The notes beneath the pieces are model-generated. The model searched no databases, had not been told where the DNA came from, and saw only the letters and a program-made list of their open reading frames with translations. A DNA stretch of 38,564 bases from Candidatus Woesearchaeota archaeon (GTDB taxonomy: Archaea > Nanobdellota > Nanobdellia > Pacearchaeales > GW2011-AR1): positions 1-38,564 of the forward strand of contig CAZAGO010000004.1 of the NCBI GenBank assembly GCA_964485045.1, given 5' to 3'. Every line of letters begins with the position of its first letter. Position 1 is the first letter of the stretch. This document shows, in pieces, positions 32,590 to 38,564 of the stretch. A program made the translations under genes and the position numbers.

Positions 32590-32985
32590 ATGAATGAACC
32601 TGATAAAGAACTTTTTTTCAAAATAAATATGCTTGATAAGTATATGCAAAATATGCAGCAACAAATAGAAGCTGTGGAAAATGAAATAAACGAATTGTAT
32701 CTTCTCAAAAAAGGGATAGAAGATTTAGAAAACTCGTCTGGAAAAGAAGCTTTTTCTTCTATAGGAAAAAATATATTCATTAAAACAAAAATAATTTCTG
32801 AAGAGCTCCTTGTAGGGATTGGAGAGAAAAACTTTGTAAATAAATCAATTCCAGAAACAGCAAAAATAATAGGAAATCAAATAGAAAAATTAAAAATAAT
32901 AAAAGAAGAAATTTTAAAAGAAATAAATGTCCTCAATAAAGAAGCTGAAAAAATTTTACTCTCTGTAGAAAAGAGTTCTAATTAA
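32590..32985 (+). CDS. pfdA: prefoldin alpha subunit
   Basis: Coiled coil, two beta-hairpins (FSSIGKNIFIKTKI..ELLVGIGEKNFVNKSIPE), then a second coiled coil. Confidence 0.7.
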   Translation: MNEPDKELFFKINMLDKYMQNMQQQIEAVENEINELYLLKKGIEDLENSSGKEAFSSIGKNIFIKTKIISEELLVGIGEKNFVNKSIPETAKIIGNQIEKLKIIKEEILKEINVLNKEAEKILLSVEKSSN

Positions 32986-33784
32986 TTCTTTTTAAAAAGT
33001 CATTATAAGAAAGTATCCCTTTTTCGGAAATTATTGCCGTAATGTATTTTTTAGGAATAAATTCAAAAGAGGGGTTTTCTATTTTTGATTTTTTTAATAT
33101 TTTATTCCAAACTTCTTTAAAGCCCCTTTTTTCCAGTTTAATATTCTCTTTTGTATATTTCCAAGAATTTGCTAAAATATAAACAGGAATTTTATTATCA
33201 TAGGCAATTTTAGCAAACATACCACTTCCAACTTTATTTATTACTCCTCCATTTAAAATAGCATCAGCTCCAAATAAAACTTTGCTTACTTTTTTAGTCC
33301 CTTGTGTATGAGTCAAAGCAATCATCGCTGCTGAATCTACAAACTGAGTAATTTTAATTCCAGATTTAGAAATCTCGGAAAAAGTTTTTCTTCCTTGAAA
33401 AAGAGGACGAGTTTCTGTATTATACACTTCAAATTTTTTTCCTTTCTTTTTTGCATATATAATTGATTCTACAACGCTTGAAGAATGACAATGAGTAAAA
33501 ATAACGTCTGAGTTTTTAATTATTTTAAAAGAATTTTCTTTTATCAGTTTTTTAGCCTTTTCTATTTCAAAAATAATTTTATTTAAAGAAGAACTCTCTA
33601 TATCTTCTAAGACTTTTTTTAACATTGGCTCAGTAGGTCTTAAAGAAAGAATTTTTCTTTTTGAAGAAATTGTTGGAAAAAGTAAATAGGCCTTTAATGC
33701 GCTTTTTGCGACATTTTCTGCTCCTTGTATTTTTATTGATTTTATTTTCTTTAAAATGAGATTAAACTTTTCTCTTTTATTCAT
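32978..33784 (-). CDS. eIF-2B alpha/beta/delta-family protein (aIF-2B-like; candidate ribose-1,5-bisphosphate isomerase)
   Basis: IFTHCHSSSVVESI, TETRPLFQGR, VLFGADAILNGGVINKVGSG, PVYILANSWKY. Confidence 0.65.
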   Translation of the reverse strand: MNKREKFNLILKKIKSIKIQGAENVAKSALKAYLLFPTISSKRKILSLRPTEPMLKKVLEDIESSSLNKIIFEIEKAKKLIKENSFKIIKNSDVIFTHCHSSSVVESIIYAKKKGKKFEVYNTETRPLFQGRKTFSEISKSGIKITQFVDSAAMIALTHTQGTKKVSKVLFGADAILNGGVINKVGSGMFAKIAYDNKIPVYILANSWKYTKENIKLEKRGFKEVWNKILKKSKIENPSFEFIPKKYITAIISEKGILSYNDFLKRIN

Positions 33785-33805
33785 ATCTCTTATAATTTAA
33801 GAAAG

Positions 33806-33813
33806 TTTAAAAA
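33806..33813. promoter_or_regulatory. single TATA box (TTTAAAAA) shared by divergent genes at 33784 (-) and 33835 (+)
   Basis: The centre is 25.5 nt from both ATGs. The 51-nt ATG-to-ATG spacing is the same as at 6497/6548. Confidence 0.55.
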
Positions 33814-33834
33814 TTCTCTTTTTTTAAAGGAAGT

Positions 33835-34701
33835 ATGCTTGAATCTCTAATAAACCCTAAGAAAAAAGAAAGAGGACCAATAAAGATGCTTTTCGTAGGA
33901 TTACTTTACGCTTCTTTATCTCTTCTTTTAACAAAATGGTTTTTTGGAGGAGACCCGGTTATTTCAAAGTACTCTGGATTTGTAGTTATTGCTTTCTGTA
34001 TAATGTTTACACTACCATTTATGTATTACCTAATAAAGCAAGAAGAGGAAGAAGATGAAGAAGCTGAAGGGATATATGAAATTTGGAAAGCTCATGGAGA
34101 TGCATTATATGCTTTTATGTGGCTTTTTTTAGGAATGCTTATCGCTTTTTCATTTTGGAATATTGTTATAGGAGATCCTAATCTTTTCAATGCCCAGATT
34201 GAAACATACTGTCAAATAAATAGCCCAGGAAATGTGGAGGGTTGCGTAAAGGAGTATTCTTTTGAAGATTCTCCTTCTATAACTGGAGATGCTTTAAGTA
34301 GAAAGGAGATGAGACTCCTATCAATAATTGAAAATAATGTTTATGTTATGATATTTACATTGCTTTTTTCTCTAATTTTTGGAGCAGGAGCTATTTTTGT
34401 TTTGGCTTGGAATGCAAGCGTAATTTCAACCGCAATAACTATATTTGCAAAAAATGAGATAGCTCATATTCCTTTAGGATTATTTAGATATATGATTCAT
34501 GGATTTCCAGAAATAGCCGCATATTTCATAACTGCCCTTGCAGGAGGAATTTTTGGAGTAGGCATTCTAAGAAATGGAATTAAAGCCCATAAATTCCTTA
34601 GAGTTTTAGAAAATACGTTTTTTTTACTTCTTGTTGCCGTTATTGTTATTATTCTTGCAGGAATAATTGAAGTCTATTTTACTCCTCTCTTTTTTAGATA
34701 A
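33835..34701 (+). CDS. SpoIIM-like (DUF95) integral membrane protein
   Basis: NNVYVMIFTLLFSLIFGAGAIFVLAWNASV...MIHGFPEIAAYFITALAGG. Confidence 0.5.
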   Translation: MLESLINPKKKERGPIKMLFVGLLYASLSLLLTKWFFGGDPVISKYSGFVVIAFCIMFTLPFMYYLIKQEEEEDEEAEGIYEIWKAHGDALYAFMWLFLGMLIAFSFWNIVIGDPNLFNAQIETYCQINSPGNVEGCVKEYSFEDSPSITGDALSRKEMRLLSIIENNVYVMIFTLLFSLIFGAGAIFVLAWNASVISTAITIFAKNEIAHIPLGLFRYMIHGFPEIAAYFITALAGGIFGVGILRNGIKAHKFLRVLENTFFLLLVAVIVIILAGIIEVYFTPLFFR

Positions 34702-34735
34702 TTAATTTTAAAAACTAGTAAAAGCAAATAAAAGT

Positions 34736-35713
34736 ATGTGGCAAGCATTAATTATTCCTTTATTAGTAAGTTTTTTTACAACACTTTTTTTTGTTCCATT
34801 TTGGATAAAAAAAGCAAAAGAACTAGGATTTACTGGAAAAGATATACATAAAATCTCAAAAGAAAATGTGGCGGAATCCGGAGGAGTCCCAGTATTATTT
34901 GGTTTTATTCTAGGAAGTTTAAGTTATATTGCAATTATGACTTTTGTATTTTATTCAAATGAAAATATTTCAAAAATATTTGTTTTATTAAGCACAGTAC
35001 TAATTGCCTCCTTTATAGGTGTAATCGATGATTTACTTGGCTGGAAAAAGGGGTTGCCTAAAAGAATTAGAATATTACTTCTTTTATTTGCAGCTGTTCC
35101 TTTAATGGTTGTCAATGCTGGTAATTCTACAATGATGGGGATCGATTTCGGATTATTTTTTCCATTAATAATAATTCCTATAGGAGTAATCGGAGCAACT
35201 TCAACATTTAATTTTCTCGCAGGATACAATGGATTAGAATCTAGCCAAGGTATAATTCTTCTTTCAGGAATTGGAATTGCTACTTTTTTAGTGGGAGAAA
35301 AAAATCTTAGTATTATTTCTTTGATAATGATTTTTTGTCTTCTTGCATTTTATCTTTTTAATAAATTTCCTGCACAAATCTTTCCAGGAGATACTCTTAC
35401 TTATTCGGTTGGGGCGTTAATTGCATGCCTTGCAATTTTAGGAGATGTGGAAAAACTTGCCCTCTTCTTTTTTATCCCTTACGGATTAGAAACAGTCTTA
35501 AAATTAAGAGGAAAGTTACAAAAAGAAAGTTTTGCTAGAGTAAAAGAAGATGGAAGCTTGGAAAACCAATATGAAAAAATGTATGGATTAGAACATATAG
35601 CAGTAAAAGTAATAAGTAAATTTAAGAAAAAAGTTTACGAAAAAGACGTTGTTTATTTAATAAATGGGTTTCAAATAATAATTATTCTCTTAGGATTTCT
35701 CCTTATTTACTAA
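34736..35713 (+). CDS. GT4-family polyprenyl-phosphate HexNAc-1-phosphate transferase (AglH/MraY/WecA-like)
   Basis: GVIDDLLGWKKGL, FNFLAGYNGLESSQG, FPGDTLTYSVG, and about 10 TM helices. TTTAAAAA (34707-34714) is centred 25.5 nt upstream. Confidence 0.8.
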   Translation: MWQALIIPLLVSFFTTLFFVPFWIKKAKELGFTGKDIHKISKENVAESGGVPVLFGFILGSLSYIAIMTFVFYSNENISKIFVLLSTVLIASFIGVIDDLLGWKKGLPKRIRILLLLFAAVPLMVVNAGNSTMMGIDFGLFFPLIIIPIGVIGATSTFNFLAGYNGLESSQGIILLSGIGIATFLVGEKNLSIISLIMIFCLLAFYLFNKFPAQIFPGDTLTYSVGALIACLAILGDVEKLALFFFIPYGLETVLKLRGKLQKESFARVKEDGSLENQYEKMYGLEHIAVKVISKFKKKVYEKDVVYLINGFQIIIILLGFLLIY

Positions 35714-35747
35714 GGTTTTTAAACATATTATTCAATAAAATAAGATA

Positions 35748-38564
35748 ATGAATGAGAAGGAATTTGCAAAAAAAATTTTTGAAGATAAGCTTACATTTAG
35801 TTTAATTATACTAGGCATACTTTTTTTTATTTTTAGTGCATTTAATATGTTTAAAATTTCACTAGGAAATAATTTTGTTACTCAAATAATAAATATTTTT
35901 TCTCCTACGATATGGATTCTTCTTGCAATAACTCTTATTGTGTCTTCAATTTTAGCTTATTTTAAAAAATATAAATTAATGGCTCTTATTCTTTTGGTTG
36001 CTTTAATAGGCATTACTGCTACAATAAGAACAAGCAACATAAACGATTTAAGAGATATGACTAATGGTGATTGGACGCTTGGACCAGATTTAGATCCTTT
36101 TCTTTATTTACGACACGCAAATGAAATTATAAATGGAACGCTTGAAAATCCAGATATGATGAGGGCTGCTCCTCTTGGAGCAAATAATTATGCTTATCAG
36201 AGCCTTATGCCATGGGCAATGGTTTTAATTTGGAAAATTGTTTCTATATTCAAACCGATATCCATAACTTATGCGGCAATAATTGCACCAGTTATTTTCT
36301 TTTGTATTTCTATAATTGGTTTTTTCTTGTTCGTTTATTTTTTATCTCTTCTAAAGTTTTCTAAAAAAATATCCATGATTACTGCTATTTTTGCAAGCAC
36401 GTTATATTCTATTATCCCTTCTATGGTTGCAAGAACTGTAGCAGGAGACCCAGAAATAGAAAGTCTTGGAATGGTCTGGTTTTGGTTTGCTTTCTTATTT
36501 TATCTTTTAGCTTGGAGAAGAGAAGAAATAAATTACAAAGTCTGTTTAGCAGTTATTGCTGGAATTTTTACAGGATTAATGTATATGACCTGGGGGGGAT
36601 ACAGGTATATATACATGGTTATTTCCATGGTCGCTTTTATTCTCTTCTTATTTGAAAAAGATAAGAAAGAAAATATAATAATTTTTTCATCTTGGGCAAT
36701 TACAGCTATAGGTATAGAAATTATAAAAGGGGGGCAAATACAATCTCTTTTTATGAGAGTGAGTGATATAGGTTTTGCTATCGTTGTTCTTTTATTTTTA
36801 ATAACTGATTGGATTTTATCAAATACAGAAATAAATAAAAAAATTAAGGAAATAAATCTCCCAAAACCAATAATTAGTATAATTTTAATTGGAATATTAG
36901 CATTTATTTTTTTAATTATATTTAATAGAGAATTACTTTTTAGCTTTCTATCACGATTAGTAGAAGGATTTCTTTATCCTTGGGGAAGAGAAAGAATAGG
37001 ATTAACCGTTGCAGAAAATAGAGCTCCTTATTTTATAGAAGCCTTAGGAGAGTTTGGAAATCTCACTTGGATATTCTTAATTGGAACTGTTTTTTTATTT
37101 TACCAAGCCATAAAACATTTCAAAAAAGAAAAAGAGAGCGATTTTGAGAAGTGGATATTTATAACAATTTCTGCTGGAATTGCTGCAATATTGTTTTATG
37201 TTGGAAGAGTATTAATTGGTGGAGATTATGCCTCAATGATTGAACAAATCGATTTTTTAATTTTATTGTCTTTGGTACTTTCTTTTGTTGGAGCAATTTA
37301 TTTTTTCATGAGAAAAAATATAAATTCTAGTCTTAATTTTTCTTTTTTGTTTTTTATACTCGCCTTAATATTTAGTAGAGTGTCTCCTCAGAGTAGTAGA
37401 CTAAACGGAGAATCCCTTTTCTCACAAGGAATTTACTTCTCGGGATTAATTTTATTTGGAGGCCTTATTGGAATAATTATAATTCTTGCATATAAAAATA
37501 AAGATGATATCTTAATAGAGAAGTTTAAAAAAATAAATTTAATGTATATTGTCCTTTTAGTATTCTCTTTTTGGGGAATAATTTCTATAAGAGGAGCAAT
37601 AAGATTATTCTTTATAATCTCCCCAATGATAGTTTTAGTCTCTTCATTTATACTTGCAGAAGTATACAATCAAAAAAAAGAAAAGAATAAAAAAATAATT
37701 TGGGGGGCAATAATTGTATTTATTCTAATTTTCTCTCAACTGTTTGCTTCTTACACTCTCCAAACACAATATACTTCAAAAGCAATGATTCCTTCTGCCT
37801 ATCATCAGCAATGGCAAGGCGCAATGCAATGGATTAGAGATAATACTCCAAAAGAAAGTATCTTTATTCATTGGTGGGATTATGGTTATTGGGTTCAAAC
37901 AATTGGAGAAAGAGCGACAGTTGTTGATGGAGGACACCAATGGGGGTACTGGGATCATTTAGTTGGAAGATATGTTCTTACAGCTACTTCTCCCGAAATG
38001 ATATTAAGTGCTATGAAAACTTACAATGCTTCTTATCTTTTAATAGATTCTTCGGATATAGGAAAATATCCTGCTTTTAGTAAAATTGGAAGCGACAAAA
38101 ATGGAGAAGATAGATATTCACAGATACCTATTTTCGCCTTAGATGACTCGCAAACAAAAGAAACGTCTAACAAAACAATAAGAGTTTATACTGGGGGAGG
38201 AATTGTTGATGAGGATATAATCTACACTCCAGAAGAAGATAATTCAAACGAAATATTTATTCCAAAGGAAAAGTCTTACCTAATTTTTATTTTAATAGAA
38301 ATTACTAAAGAAAGTGAAGAAAACGCATTAGAACAACCAAAAGCAATATATTATTTTAATAATCAACAGATTTCAATTCCAATAAGATATCTATATTATG
38401 GAGGAGAATTGTTTGATTATGGAGAAGGATTAAATGCGACAATTTCGCTCATTCCAAAAATTAATCCTATAGGGAATAATCAAATGCAATCAGATGAAAG
38501 TGGAGCTGCAATATACATTTCTCCGAAAGTAACCAAAACGGCCTTCGCTCAACTTTATCTTTTA
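35748..38564 (+). CDS. aglB: oligosaccharyltransferase AglB (STT3 family), 3'-truncated by the window edge; absent from the ORF track
   Basis: Hand translation from the ATG at 35748 is open for 939 codons to the window end. It shows a multi-TM N-terminal region with PDLDPFLYLRH, a TVAE (TIXE-like) motif, the hallmark WWDYGYW at 37872-37892, and a DK-like motif DSSDIGKYPAF. Confidence 0.88.
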   Translation, partial: MNEKEFAKKIFEDKLTFSLIILGILFFIFSAFNMFKISLGNNFVTQIINIFSPTIWILLAITLIVSSILAYFKKYKLMALILLVALIGITATIRTSNINDLRDMTNGDWTLGPDLDPFLYLRHANEIINGTLENPDMMRAAPLGANNYAYQSLMPWAMVLIWKIVSIFKPISITYAAIIAPVIFFCISIIGFFLFVYFLSLLKFSKKISMITAIFASTLYSIIPSMVARTVAGDPEIESLGMVWFWFAFLFYLLAWRREEINYKVCLAVIAGIFTGLMYMTWGGYRYIYMVISMVAFILFLFEKDKKENIIIFSSWAITAIGIEIIKGGQIQSLFMRVSDIGFAIVVLLFLITDWILSNTEINKKIKEINLPKPIISIILIGILAFIFLIIFNRELLFSFLSRLVEGFLYPWGRERIGLTVAENRAPYFIEALGEFGNLTWIFLIGTVFLFYQAIKHFKKEKESDFEKWIFITISAGIAAILFYVGRVLIGGDYASMIEQIDFLILLSLVLSFVGAIYFFMRKNINSSLNFSFLFFILALIFSRVSPQSSRLNGESLFSQGIYFSGLILFGGLIGIIIILAYKNKDDILIEKFKKINLMYIVLLVFSFWGIISIRGAIRLFFIISPMIVLVSSFILAEVYNQKKEKNKKIIWGAIIVFILIFSQLFASYTLQTQYTSKAMIPSAYHQQWQGAMQWIRDNTPKESIFIHWWDYGYWVQTIGERATVVDGGHQWGYWDHLVGRYVLTATSPEMILSAMKTYNASYLLIDSSDIGKYPAFSKIGSDKNGEDRYSQIPIFALDDSQTKETSNKTIRVYTGGGIVDEDIIYTPEEDNSNEIFIPKEKSYLIFILIEITKESEENALEQPKAIYYFNNQQISIPIRYLYYGGELFDYGEGLNATISLIPKINPIGNNQMQSDESGAAIYISPKVTKTAFAQLYLL

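Noticed and set aside
1-38564. Looked for CRISPR arrays, rRNA genes, transposases, integrases, toxin-antitoxin pairs or recognisable defence genes
   Set aside because: No spaced short-repeat array, no rRNA-like conserved stretches and no recombinase-like or nuclease-like ORFs were seen. The only repeats are the tRNA-end duplicates, the leader paralogue and the 21-mer described above.

Overview
A visibly AT-rich archaeal chromosomal segment of about 38.6 kb. Its gene content and order fit a reduced, DPANN-like archaeon. All family assignments come from reading the supplied translations and the DNA by eye; no searches or folding programs were run.

Layout:
- Left arm, minus strand: tRNA-Pro, rpl11, an unknown 89-aa ORF, spt5, secE, a FecR-like gene plus a CHASE2/class III cyclase operon, ftsZ, and an FKBP gene.
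- Next, plus strand: aIF5A, an unannotated eL40, an M50 site-2 protease, Taw1, and a GNAT.
- Then a small unknown gene, a structured leader followed by rpl1-rpl10(P0)-rpl12, and a minus-strand block of small ORF, GT2, esterase and DedA.
- Then an intron-containing tRNA-Ser with an odd surrounding locus, AMP phosphorylase, and an AI-2E permease.
- From 18.7 to 32.2 kb: the ribosomal-protein supercluster (unknown ORF, L3 through L15, secY).
- Last: a DUF106-like gene, prefoldin alpha, an eIF-2B-family gene, a SpoIIM-like gene, a GT4 (AglH-like) gene, and a 3'-truncated AglB/STT3 that the ORF track does not list.

Main items worth a second look:
1. A bacterial-type FecR + CHASE2 adenylate-cyclase pair sits inside the conserved ftsZ/secE-spt5-rpl11 neighbourhood.
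2. The rpl1 leader carries a candidate L1-binding mimic. An orphan paralogue of that leader lies next to tRNA-Ser and is bounded by 17-bp copies of the tRNA 3' end.
3. The tRNA-Ser 5' end is duplicated, and the only good promoter sits on the outer copy.
4. Promoter geometry is very rigid. A TATA octamer is centred exactly 25.5 nt before at least 13 ATGs, including two shared bidirectional boxes.
5. An extra, tightly coupled ORF lies between spt5 and rpl11.
6. P0 is truncated, and rnp1/adk/cmk are absent from their usual cluster positions.

No CRISPR array, rRNA gene, transposase or integrase was seen.
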